A stretch of DNA of 64,000 nucleotides from Catalinimonas alkaloidigena (GTDB lineage Bacteria; Bacteroidota; Bacteroidia; Cytophagales; Flexibacteraceae), in contig NZ_FNFO01000003.1 in NCBI RefSeq assembly GCF_900100765.1, forward strand, positions 469,348 to 533,347. Direction: 5' to 3'. Every line of letters starts with the position of its first letter. Within the stretch, counting starts at the first letter, position 1. Below the pieces are notes generated by a model, which saw only the letters and a list, made by a program, of their open reading frames with translations, had not been told where the DNA came from and did not search any database. Below are positions 55,550 through 64,000 of the stretch, piece after piece. Made by a program: the position numbers and the translations under genes.

Positions 55550-57613
55550 ATGCGCCGCGCCCTCCTACCCGATCCAGAAAGAAATCCGATGAAAATAACG
55601 GCATTCCTGTACCTTGACGCCCGCAAAAACAGTATAAGGAGTTACTCTGCAACTCCATTACAGAAAGCGGTGCTTCGTGGCTCGTATGTTGAACTGTCAG
55701 ACCTACTCAACCCGTACCCTAACCTTACCGCTACGGTCGGCCGTAGCACACCCTTTTATTACCACCACGTCCCTTTCCCCCTCACCTGTATGCAATCTGA
55801 TGCCCTCTACCACCTAACTCCTGAACGGAAAAGAAATACCCTCCTGATCGAAGCTGCCTGGGAGGTTTGTAACCAAGTTGGCGGCATCTACACCGTGATT
55901 CGCACCAAGGTCCCCGCGGCCGTTGGCTTTTGGGGCGACAATTATTGCCTGATTGGCCCCTGGTTCGCCAACATGGCCCAAGGCGAGTTCGATCCGATCG
56001 AACCGGGGAACGATGCCGTCGGGCGGGCCGTGCGGGCATTGCTGGACAAAGGCGTGGAAGTTCACTACGGACGCTGGCTGGTGTCGGGGCGTCCCCGCGT
56101 CATTCTGTTGAATCCGCTGAGTGATCTGCCCCAGACCAACGCCAACAAGCATTACTACTGGGAAGCGCACGGCATTGCTTCGCCAACGGGCGATGACCTG
56201 TACGACAAAGTGCTGGCTTTCAGCCACCTGGTCACGCTGTTTTACGAGCAACTGACCGCCGCACGCCAGGAGAGTCTGAGCATCATTGCGCACTTCCACG
56301 AGTGGATGGCCGGGTTGCCCATCGCCGACATCCGGCGAAACCAGTGGCCCATCCGCACGGTGTTTACCACCCACGCCACGCTGCTGGGGCGCTACATCGC
56401 GATGAACGACGAGCAGTTTTACGAAAAGCTGGATCAATACGACTGGTTGCACGAAGCGCAACACTACGGCATCGAGCACATGGTGCGGATCGAGCGCGCC
56501 GCCACAGCCCACTGTGACGTGATGACGACCGTCAGCCAGGTAACCGGCAGCGAGTGCGAATTTCTGCTGGGTCGGAAACCGGATCTGCTTTTGCCCAACG
56601 GCCTGAACATCGAACGCTTCGTGGCCCTGCACGAATTTCAGAACCTGCACCAACAGTACAAAAACAAAATCCATCAGTTTGTGATGGGCCATTTTTTCCA
56701 GAGTTATTCGTTCGACCTGGACAATACGCTGTACTTCTTCACGTCGGGCCGTTACGAATACCGCAATAAAGGATTTGACCTGACGCTGGAAGCGCTGGCC
56801 CGCCTCAACTGGCGCATGCAACAGGCCGGGATGAGTACCACGGTCGTGATGTTTTTCGTAACCCGCCGCCCCTACCGGTCCATCAACCCCGAGGTGCTGG
56901 AGTCGCGAGGGGTGATGGAAGAGCTGCGGGAGACGTGCAACGCCATCGAGAAACAGATTGGCGAACGCCTGTTTCAGGTAGCGGCTTCGCAGCACGAGCA
57001 CCGCCTGCCGGACCTGAATCAGTTCGTGGACGATTACTGGCGCCTGCGTTTTCGGCGGACGCTGCAATCGTGGCGCAGCACCCACCTGCCTTCCATCATT
57101 ACACACAACCTGATCGACGATCAGGACGACGAGATTCTCAACTTCATGCGGCGCGCCAACCTGCTGAACCACGCCCACGACCGCGTCAAAATGGTGTATC
57201 ATCCCGATTTCATCTCGCCGATGAACCCGCTGTTCGGGATGGAATACGGCCAGTTTGTGCGCGGCTGTCACCTGGGCATCTTCCCGAGCTATTACGAGCC
57301 TTGGGGATACACCCCGCTCGAGTGCGGTGCCAGTGGCGTGCCATCCGTCACCAGCGACCTGTCGGGTTTCGGCGATTACGTGATGAACGCGTTCGACAAC
57401 CACAAAGACTGCGGCATGTACGTCGTGAATCGCCGTCGTAAAACGTTCTACCAGGCCGCCGACCAGTTGGCCGATATTCTGTTCCAGTTTGTGCAGTTTT
57501 CGCGGCGCGACCGCATCAACCAACGCAACAAAGTGGAAAGCCTGTCGGCGACCTTCGACTGGAAGTACCTGGGTAAGTTCTACCTGGAAGCCTACGATCG
57601 CGCGTTGGCATAG
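55550..57613 (+). CDS. Glycogen synthase, GT3 (eukaryotic/Bacteroidetes type)
   Basis: GT3 N-terminal hallmark EAAWEVCNQVGGIYTV, with length and motifs consistent with GT3. The functional start is probably the ATG at 55790 (MQSDALYHL...), not 55550. Confidence 0.75.
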   Translation: MRRALLPDPERNPMKITAFLYLDARKNSIRSYSATPLQKAVLRGSYVELSDLLNPYPNLTATVGRSTPFYYHHVPFPLTCMQSDALYHLTPERKRNTLLIEAAWEVCNQVGGIYTVIRTKVPAAVGFWGDNYCLIGPWFANMAQGEFDPIEPGNDAVGRAVRALLDKGVEVHYGRWLVSGRPRVILLNPLSDLPQTNANKHYYWEAHGIASPTGDDLYDKVLAFSHLVTLFYEQLTAARQESLSIIAHFHEWMAGLPIADIRRNQWPIRTVFTTHATLLGRYIAMNDEQFYEKLDQYDWLHEAQHYGIEHMVRIERAATAHCDVMTTVSQVTGSECEFLLGRKPDLLLPNGLNIERFVALHEFQNLHQQYKNKIHQFVMGHFFQSYSFDLDNTLYFFTSGRYEYRNKGFDLTLEALARLNWRMQQAGMSTTVVMFFVTRRPYRSINPEVLESRGVMEELRETCNAIEKQIGERLFQVAASQHEHRLPDLNQFVDDYWRLRFRRTLQSWRSTHLPSIITHNLIDDQDDEILNFMRRANLLNHAHDRVKMVYHPDFISPMNPLFGMEYGQFVRGCHLGIFPSYYEPWGYTPLECGASGVPSVTSDLSGFGDYVMNAFDNHKDCGMYVVNRRRKTFYQAADQLADILFQFVQFSRRDRINQRNKVESLSATFDWKYLGKFYLEAYDRALA

Positions 57614-57660
57614 TGCCGGAATTTTAGTTATTTCAGGGCCTACACCTTTCCCTCCACACC

Positions 57661-58371
57661 ATGAAAATCTTTCGCTGGGGTTGGAGCTGTCTTCTTGCGC
57701 TCTTTACCCTCCTTTCTGCATCGGCCCAGGAGTGCATCGGCTACTTCCCGGTCAAAAACGTGGGCGACACGTTCGAAATGAAAAGCTACACGAGCAACGG
57801 CAAGGCTTCGGGTCGGGTCGTGTACAAGGTAACGGCCATCGACCAAACCGGCGACCGGACCGAGGCTCAGATCCACAGTTCGGTCTACGATAAAAAAGAC
57901 AAGCTCACGGCCGAAAGCGATTTTACGTTTTTCTGCGAAGACGGCATGGCCCACGTCGACATGCAGATGTTTGTTCCACAGGATCAGTCCAAAAATTTTC
58001 AGAATATGGACGTCGAACTAACCGGCGATCACCTCACGCTCCCCTACGAGCTGAGCGCGGGCCAAACGCTTCCCGAAAGCCAGATGAGCCTTACGGCGCA
58101 CGATAAAGCCAGCGGCATGAAAATGTCGGAGATGCAGATGGCCATCAAAAACCGGAAGGTCGAGGGCAAAGAAGCCGTTACCACCGAATCGGGCACGTTC
58201 GACGCGTGGAAGCTGACGCAGGACCTGGAGAGCCGGGTCGGCGCAATGGGCATCACCGTGCCGATGAACCTCAGCAGCGTCGACTATTTTGTGCCGGGCG
58301 TCGGCATGGTGCGGTCGGAATCATACCGGAAGGGCAAATTAGTGGGCTACAGTGAACTGGTGGTCGAGTAG
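57661..58371 (+). CDS. Secreted hypothetical protein
   Basis: 236 aa with a signal peptide (LLSASAQE). Confidence 0.45.
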   Translation: MKIFRWGWSCLLALFTLLSASAQECIGYFPVKNVGDTFEMKSYTSNGKASGRVVYKVTAIDQTGDRTEAQIHSSVYDKKDKLTAESDFTFFCEDGMAHVDMQMFVPQDQSKNFQNMDVELTGDHLTLPYELSAGQTLPESQMSLTAHDKASGMKMSEMQMAIKNRKVEGKEAVTTESGTFDAWKLTQDLESRVGAMGITVPMNLSSVDYFVPGVGMVRSESYRKGKLVGYSELVVE

Positions 58372-58399
58372 ATCGGTTAGCTGCTAATTAAATATTACT

Positions 58400-58609
58400 A
58401 TGGCAGACGGACGCTACCGCAAAGACATTAAACCCGGCCAGTTGGTCGACATCGTACTGAAAAAAGACCAGCGGACGGGCGACCTGACGCAGGGGATTGT
58501 GAAAAACATCCTGACACGCTCAGCGTTTCACCCCCACGGCATCAAGGTTCGCCTCGACGACGGTCAGGTTGGGCGGGTGCAGGAGATTTTACCCGACGAG
58601 GACTTTTAA
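58400..58609 (+). CDS. YwbE-family (DUF2196) small protein
   Basis: 69 aa. VDIVLKKDQRTGDLTQGIVKNILTRSAFHPHGIKVRLDDGQVGRVQEI closely matches Bacillus YwbE as I recall it. Confidence 0.65.
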   Translation: MADGRYRKDIKPGQLVDIVLKKDQRTGDLTQGIVKNILTRSAFHPHGIKVRLDDGQVGRVQEILPDEDF

Positions 58610-58630
58610 CGCGCTCGACGCCGCCCCGGC

Positions 58631-59380
58631 TCAGCTCCCTTTCATGCGCACAAACATGGGCGTTGGCCCGCTACCGTTCCCTTCCTGCCTGAGCTGGAAA
58701 ACTTCGCTGTGCGCGCGGATCAGTTGCGAGAGTTGCCGGTAGCCGAACGTACGCGGGTCGAAACCGGGGTCAATCTGCCGCAAATGGGTACCCATGGTGC
58801 CGAGGTGCGCCCAGTCGTCTTCGCCGGCGGCGAGTTCGTACGCTTCTTTGAGCATGGCTACCGGATCGGGCTGTTTCTTTTTCCGTTGCGTTTTGTTGAC
58901 CTTTTTCTTTTTCTCCGAGGTCTCTTCTTCCAACAGGTTTTCGGTGTAGATGAAGATGTTGCAGGCATTCACAAAGGGGCGGGGCGTTTTCTCGTCGCCG
59001 ATGCCCATCACAAAGATGCCCGACTCCCGGATACGGGTTGCCAGGCGTGTGTAGTCGCTGTCGCTGGAAACGATGCAAAACCCGGAGGCCAGTCCGCTGT
59101 GCAAAATATCCATCGCGTCGATGATCATCGCGCTGTCGGTCGCGTTTTTCCCCACAGTGTAGCGGAACTGCTGCACCGGCTGTACGGCGTGGTTGTTCAG
59201 GGCACCTTTCCAGCCATTCATGTTCGGGGTGGTCCAGTCGCCGTAAATGCGTCGGATCGTTGTGCTGCCGTAGCGCCCGGCCTCGTTCAAAAACTTTTGG
59301 ATCAGGGTGGGGCGGGCATTATCGCCATCGATGAGCAGCGCCATGCGGCGCTCGGCGTGTACGTCTGTTTGTTTATCCAT
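58631..59380 (-). CDS. NYN-domain (LabA-like) nuclease with C-terminal OST-HTH/LOTUS-like domain
   Basis: 249 aa with NYN motifs (ALLIDGDN, VSSDSDY) and a lysine-rich linker. Confidence 0.7.
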   Translation of the reverse strand: MDKQTDVHAERRMALLIDGDNARPTLIQKFLNEAGRYGSTTIRRIYGDWTTPNMNGWKGALNNHAVQPVQQFRYTVGKNATDSAMIIDAMDILHSGLASGFCIVSSDSDYTRLATRIRESGIFVMGIGDEKTPRPFVNACNIFIYTENLLEEETSEKKKKVNKTQRKKKQPDPVAMLKEAYELAAGEDDWAHLGTMGTHLRQIDPGFDPRTFGYRQLSQLIRAHSEVFQLRQEGNGSGPTPMFVRMKGS

Positions 59381-59405
59381 TACAGGTGTATACGGGCCTT
59401 CTGCG

Positions 59406-61382
59406 TTAAGGGCTAGGATCTTCTATGTCTTCGACCAGGCGCACCGAGTAAATTGTGCTCCCCACGGCCAGTTGCTGAACTACCTCCAGGCCTTCTACCA
59501 CTTCAGCAAACAGTGTGTAGCGCCCGTCGAGGTGCGGGGTAGGCGAGTGGGTGATGAACCACTGACACCCTTCGGTATCTTTTCCGGCCGACGCCATGCC
59601 CACGCTGCCGGTCCGGTAGGGGCGGGGCGAAAATTCGGAGCGCAGGGTGTAGTCGGTGCTCCCCCAGCCGTTGCCGGTCGGTGAACCGCCCTGCACCACA
59701 AAATTAGGCACTACCCGATGGAATGCCAGGCTATCGAAAAATGTAGCACGTGCCAAGGCCACAAAGCTTGCGACCGTACCGGGGGCTTCTTCCGGCAGCA
59801 GCAGCAGCTCGACTGTGCCCTCGCTGGTTTCAATGCGCACCCGCGGCTCGTTAGGTAAGGTAGCCAGCAGATCCCAGTCGATCGGATGGTTCCAGGCCGG
59901 GCTGCGCACCGGTGGGGCGGGGCGCTCCTTCAGAAATGCCAGCGTCGCGTGCAAATCCAGATACGTTTCGTAGTCGCGCGGCAACTGCAGCCGACGCAGT
60001 GCAGCAAAAATCAGAGAAGTATCGGCCCGAAACGTCGACAGGGTTTTCAACGTCGGGTCAGGATTGCGCATGGCAATGGCCGCTTCGCTGATCAAGGGCA
60101 CATCGCCCGCACTGAGGCCACGCCGGATGCTCGCCGCCCAGGTTTCGTGCTGTGAGGCTGGAAAATCGGGGTGCTGCCGCATCCGTACCAACCCCGCCAG
60201 CCCTACCGACGTCACGATAGGCGACGCTGCTGTAAAAACAAAGTAACGCAGGGTATCGAACGCAGCGGGGTCTTCGGCCAAGGCATCAAGCCATTGGGCT
60301 TTGGCGTAAGGACTTTCGGCAGCGTGATAACGTTCCAGCACGTACCGGCGCAGGGCACGTTTGTCCGGGCTTACCCGCAACGCCGCGGCGTAGATCAGGG
60401 CCTGTGGTCGCCAGGCAGCGGAGGGCTGCGCCTGGGCCACACGGACCAACCACGAGACGTCCTGCGGCCGTACCAGCGTGTGGAGTCGTTCGGCCACCGC
60501 CACCGCCAGGTTGCCGCCCGCCTGCAAAGCGTCTTTCAACGGGTCGATCAGGCTGGGGAAAGTGGACGCATCGAGCGCTCGTACTGCGTTGATCTTTACC
60601 CGCTCGTCGGGCTCTTCGGTCAAAATCTCCCGCAATACTTGCTTCTTGGACGCGACACTCACGTGCTGCCATGCCCCGGCGGCCGCCATGCGTACTTCCA
60701 CGGCGGTATCCTGGCGCGCCACTTGCCGCAGGACGTCCACATACGCGTTGAGGGACGGTACCTGCCCCCGCATCAGCGTATGCGCGGCGGCCAGCCGAAC
60801 CGCGGCAGACGAGTCCTGCAACCAGGCGATCACCCGCGGAAGAAGAGAATCGGGTACGGGCTGGCGCAAGGCGGAACGGTACAGTCCCCAGGCCAATCCG
60901 GCGCGCGCCACGGCATCGTCTGTCTCATACGCCTGGAAAAAGCCGAGCGAGGCAGCATCGATTACCTTCCCGTAGGCCTCCAGCAACGCCGCCTGGACCC
61001 GGGCATCGGGCTCCGTTTCGACCGCTTTTCGGAGTGTCTGCGCCGCCGGAACGCCGCCCGTCTGGCCGAGGGCAAAGGCCGCCGCACGCCGTACTTTGGT
61101 CGCGCTATCGTGCAACAGGTACACCAACGAAGGGGTTAAGGTGCTGTCCTGTAGGGAGCCCGCCGCCAGAGCGGCATAGTACCGGTACGAAGCCTGAGGG
61201 TGACTGAGGTAGCCATGAATGGAGTCTCGGTTCCGTTCATCCTGCGCCTGATGAATGCGCTGCCAGCCTTCTTCGAACGGCTGTGCCTGGGCGCTTTGCT
61301 GATCGGTTACTTCTGAGGCAGGCTGGCAGGCGACAGCGCAATACGCCAGAAGGCAGAAAAGCCAAAGCGAAGAGAAATGCAT
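59406..61382 (-). CDS. HEAT-repeat protein fused to a C-terminal cyclophilin-type peptidyl-prolyl isomerase
   Basis: 658 aa with a signal peptide, about 450 aa of HEAT-like Ala/Leu-rich repeats, and a cyclophilin domain (FHRVVPNFVVQGG...GSVGMASAGKDTEGCQWFIT). Confidence 0.8.
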   Translation of the reverse strand: MHFSSLWLFCLLAYCAVACQPASEVTDQQSAQAQPFEEGWQRIHQAQDERNRDSIHGYLSHPQASYRYYAALAAGSLQDSTLTPSLVYLLHDSATKVRRAAAFALGQTGGVPAAQTLRKAVETEPDARVQAALLEAYGKVIDAASLGFFQAYETDDAVARAGLAWGLYRSALRQPVPDSLLPRVIAWLQDSSAAVRLAAAHTLMRGQVPSLNAYVDVLRQVARQDTAVEVRMAAAGAWQHVSVASKKQVLREILTEEPDERVKINAVRALDASTFPSLIDPLKDALQAGGNLAVAVAERLHTLVRPQDVSWLVRVAQAQPSAAWRPQALIYAAALRVSPDKRALRRYVLERYHAAESPYAKAQWLDALAEDPAAFDTLRYFVFTAASPIVTSVGLAGLVRMRQHPDFPASQHETWAASIRRGLSAGDVPLISEAAIAMRNPDPTLKTLSTFRADTSLIFAALRRLQLPRDYETYLDLHATLAFLKERPAPPVRSPAWNHPIDWDLLATLPNEPRVRIETSEGTVELLLLPEEAPGTVASFVALARATFFDSLAFHRVVPNFVVQGGSPTGNGWGSTDYTLRSEFSPRPYRTGSVGMASAGKDTEGCQWFITHSPTPHLDGRYTLFAEVVEGLEVVQQLAVGSTIYSVRLVEDIEDPSP

Positions 61383-61468
61383 AAAAGATAGATCGTTAAT
61401 TATTACAGGGCTTATTTTATCGAACAGAAGCGCAGATTCAGCGACATCTCCCGCGTTACCTTTGATTC

Positions 61469-63088
61469 ATGTCTGTATCTGGCCAGAAGCCGATCAACAA
61501 AACGTCACACGCCTTACGATGGGGCGGCATGGGAGTCGGCTTTGGGCTGCTGTTCCCAGCCCTGGCTACGTATCTTGTTAACTGGCATTTCGATAAACTG
61601 CACCGCATTGGAGAGTACCTTTATGCCCATTGGCAAACCGTAGGTACCAGCTGGCAGTTTGTGGGTTACGTGCAGCAAAATATCCCTTTTCTTTGGATCA
61701 TCGACACTACTCCGCTGATTCTGGGCATTTTAGCCTACTTAATCGGACGAAAACAAGACCAGCTTGAACGCCTCAATGCCCGGCAGGAAGTGCTCATTCA
61801 ACAACGCACAGACGAGTTACACCAGCAGAACGCACGGCTGCGACGCGAAATTACCGTACGGCGCCGCACAGAAGCGGCCCTACGGCAAGCCACCCAACAG
61901 GCTCAGCACCTGGCCCACAGCAAAGATCAGTTTCTGTCGGCGATGAGCCACGAAATTCGTACGCCCCTGCACGGCATTATCGGCATGGCCGACCTGCTTC
62001 AGCACGAGACGTTATCAGCCCAACAGCACACGTACCTGGAGGCTCTGCGCTTTTCGGCCTCGCACCTCCATCAGTTGGTAAACGACCTGCTGGATTACCA
62101 GAAATTAGAAGAAGATCGCCTCTCGATCGAATCGGTGGCGTTTGACCTGTTTGAGTTGGTGGCGCAGTTGCAAACGGCCACTGCCGTGCTGGCACAACAG
62201 AAAAAATTGGTGTTGCGCGTTAACCTGGCGCCTAAAGTGCCTCAGTGGGTAGTGGGCGACCCCTTGCGGCTCCAGCAGGTGCTCCACAATTTGCTAAGCA
62301 ACGCCTTGAAATTCACCGAGTCTGGTGAGATTCTGCTCGCTATTCGGCTGGCAGCGGACGCACGACCCGATTCGGTAGGACTTCTTTTTGAGGTGAAGGA
62401 TACCGGCATTGGCATTGCGCCCCAGAAGTTAGCCATGATTTTCGACCGGTTTACCCAGGCCGATGCCGATACTACGCGCCGCTTCGGCGGCACGGGCCTG
62501 GGCCTGGCCATCACCCGAAAACTGCTTGCCCTGCAAGGTAGCCGGATACAAGTCGACAGCGAAGTGGGCCGGGGATCGCGCTTTTACTTTGTGCAGCACT
62601 TTGCACCGGCCAACCACGGCACAGTACCCGGCAAACAGCCGATGCTTCAGACGGAGCACCCAACGTGGCCCGGCATGCGGGTGCTGGTGGCCGAAGACGA
62701 TCGTATCAACCAGCTTGTTATTCAGAAACTGCTGACCAGTTGCCAGATTGAGGTTACGCTCGTCGACAACGGTGCGCAAGCCGTCGAAACGGTTGCCTCG
62801 CAAGAAACGTTCGACCTGGTGCTGATGGACCTCCACATGCACGAGATGGACGGACTAGAGGCCACCCGGCAAATCAGACGCCTACAAGCGCACCTCGACC
62901 AGCCGCTCCCGATTGTAGCCCTGACGGCCGCCGTTACCGAAGAAGCCCGAACGCAAGCAGAACAGGCCGGCATGAACGGCATGTTGGCCAAGCCCATGCA
63001 CAAACCGCTTGTCTATAAGGTCCTGGAAACGTATGCGCCCGCGCCGGAAGAGGTTACACCTCCGCCAGGTATTCGTGTACGAACTTAA
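61469..63088 (+). CDS. Hybrid sensor histidine kinase / response regulator
   Basis: 539 aa. TM segments, HisKA (FLSAMSHEIRTPLHGIIGMADLL), HATPase_c (GTGLGLAI), and a C-terminal REC (VLVAEDDRINQ...LVLMDLHMHEMDG). Confidence 0.85.
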   Translation: MSVSGQKPINKTSHALRWGGMGVGFGLLFPALATYLVNWHFDKLHRIGEYLYAHWQTVGTSWQFVGYVQQNIPFLWIIDTTPLILGILAYLIGRKQDQLERLNARQEVLIQQRTDELHQQNARLRREITVRRRTEAALRQATQQAQHLAHSKDQFLSAMSHEIRTPLHGIIGMADLLQHETLSAQQHTYLEALRFSASHLHQLVNDLLDYQKLEEDRLSIESVAFDLFELVAQLQTATAVLAQQKKLVLRVNLAPKVPQWVVGDPLRLQQVLHNLLSNALKFTESGEILLAIRLAADARPDSVGLLFEVKDTGIGIAPQKLAMIFDRFTQADADTTRRFGGTGLGLAITRKLLALQGSRIQVDSEVGRGSRFYFVQHFAPANHGTVPGKQPMLQTEHPTWPGMRVLVAEDDRINQLVIQKLLTSCQIEVTLVDNGAQAVETVASQETFDLVLMDLHMHEMDGLEATRQIRRLQAHLDQPLPIVALTAAVTEEARTQAEQAGMNGMLAKPMHKPLVYKVLETYAPAPEEVTPPPGIRVRT

Positions 63089-64000
63089 TGGCCATGGCGC
63101 CCTCGCCTACAGCCGACGCAATCCGGTTCATGGCACCCGCCCGCACATCGCCCGCCGCAAAAATGCCTGGGCTACAGGTCTCCAGCAGAAAAGGTTCGCG
63201 GTCTTTTTTCCATGAGGTCCGGAAATCCTTGTGTTTCTGCAACTCACGCCCCGTCACGATAAACCCCCGGTCGTCGCGCAGGATGTAGGTCTGCACCCAG
63301 TCGGTAAAAGGCCGCGCCCCGATGAAGATGAACAGCGAGCCTGCCTCCACCGCGTTGCGTTCCTGCGTCTGTACGTTCTCTAACACCAGCCGCTCCAGGT
63401 GCTCTTGGCCGCACGCTTCCACCACTTCGGTTTCGGGCAGGAGGTGAATGTTGGGCGTGCCGTTGATCTGATCGATCAGGTAATGTGACATGCTGGAGGT
63501 AAGCGACTCTTTTCGGATGAGGATGTAGACGTTCTTCGCAAAGTTGGAGAGGTACATGGCTGCCTGTCCGGCCGAGTTGCCCCCACCCACCACGTACACG
63601 TCCTGGTCGCGACAGGCATTGGCTTCGGTCGTGGCAGCGCCGTAATAGACGCCCGCGCCGGTAAACTTGTCGATGCCCTTGGCTTCCAGCTTACGGTAAT
63701 CGACGCCGGTCGTCACGACGATGCTTTTCGCTTTGATTTCGCTGTCGTCACTGAGCTTTAGCATCTTGTAACTGTCGCGCACTTCAATGTTGACCACTTC
63801 CTGGGGCGACAGCATCTCGATGCCGAAACGCTGCGCCTGTGTGACGGCCCGCCGCGTCAGCTCAGCCCCGCTCAGGCCTGTCGGAAAGCCCAGGTAATTT
63901 TCGATGCGCGACGAGGTTCCGGCCTGTCCGCCCGGCGCGCGCTTTTCGATCACCAGCGTGCTCAGTCCCTCCGAACCGCCGTATACCGCTGCGGCCAGCC
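63054..64000 (-). CDS. Thioredoxin-reductase-like FAD/NAD(P)-dependent pyridine nucleotide-disulfide oxidoreductase. The N-terminus lies beyond the window end.
   Basis: TrxB-like motifs (IENYLGFPTG, VVGGGNSAGQAAMYL, FAAGDV). The reading frame stays open past 64000. Its 3' end overlaps the kinase gene by 35 bp. Confidence 0.7.
   Translation of the reverse strand, partial: LAAAVYGGSEGLSTLVIEKRAPGGQAGTSSRIENYLGFPTGLSGAELTRRAVTQAQRFGIEMLSPQEVVNIEVRDSYKMLKLSDDSEIKAKSIVVTTGVDYRKLEAKGIDKFTGAGVYYGAATTEANACRDQDVYVVGGGNSAGQAAMYLSNFAKNVYILIRKESLTSSMSHYLIDQINGTPNIHLLPETEVVEACGQEHLERLVLENVQTQERNAVEAGSLFIFIGARPFTDWVQTYILRDDRGFIVTGRELQKHKDFRTSWKKDREPFLLETCSPGIFAAGDVRAGAMNRIASAVGEGAMAIKFVHEYLAEV

Noticed and set aside
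55814-57523. 569-aa minus-strand ORF
   Set aside because: It is antisense to the GT3 glycogen synthase.
1-64000. tRNA, rRNA, CRISPR arrays, IS elements or integrases
   Set aside because: I scanned intergenic regions and repeats. There are no cloverleaf-like GTTCGA-type motifs, no spaced direct-repeat arrays, and no transposase or integrase-like ORFs.

Overview
This is a high-GC (roughly 60 percent), gene-dense chromosomal segment of Bacteroidota type. It carries a SusC/SusD pair, Bacteroidetes-style TAnnTTTG promoter motifs, and no obvious Shine-Dalgarno usage. I found no rRNA, tRNA, CRISPR array, IS element or integrase.

Content by position:
- 1-8.0 kb: the end of a polysaccharide-utilisation locus on the minus strand. 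It contains a truncated glycoside-hydrolase-like gene with a TTG start (not in the ORF track), SusD, a SusC with an N-terminal STN extension, and a FecR anti-sigma factor. No ECF sigma factor lies next to it.
- 8-17.9 kb: envelope and housekeeping genes. These are gmhA, a LapA-like protein, a DUF4476 protein, two thioredoxin-like proteins, an LD-carboxypeptidase, a DUF2945 protein, AsmA, a spore-photoproduct-lyase-family radical SAM enzyme, and a YflT-like glycine-zipper stress protein.
- 18.2-34.6 kb: an envelope-stress neighbourhood, the most interesting part of the window.
  - A five-gene plus-strand operon: periplasmic-binding-like/OmpA-C fusion, vWA protein, TM/OmpA-C protein, XpaC-like protein, TelA.
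  - It converges on a minus-strand operon of a 1641-aa coiled-coil AAA+ ATPase and two small lower-GC genes (a 2-TM protein and a zinc-ribbon protein).
  - A DUF559 endonuclease-like gene and a 24-bp perfect palindrome follow.
  - A PspA, NfeD (YqiJ-like), flotillin operon closes the region.
- 34.8-64 kb:
  - a DUF4136 lipoprotein; a CXXCH DUF3365 lipoprotein with a HAMP-GAF-PAS protein; prfA; lipoproteins; a DEAD-box helicase;
  - a second SPFH pair (FloA with NfeD); a MazG-like protein; MscS; a GH1 beta-glucosidase; a GT-B glycosyltransferase; an LpxH-like phosphoesterase;
  - a GT3 (eukaryotic-type) glycogen synthase; YwbE; a NYN protein; a HEAT-cyclophilin fusion; a hybrid histidine kinase; a partial thioredoxin-reductase-like gene.

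Many long ORFs in the track are antisense, GC-driven artefacts of these genes. Several real genes have shorter N-termini than the ORF track suggests.
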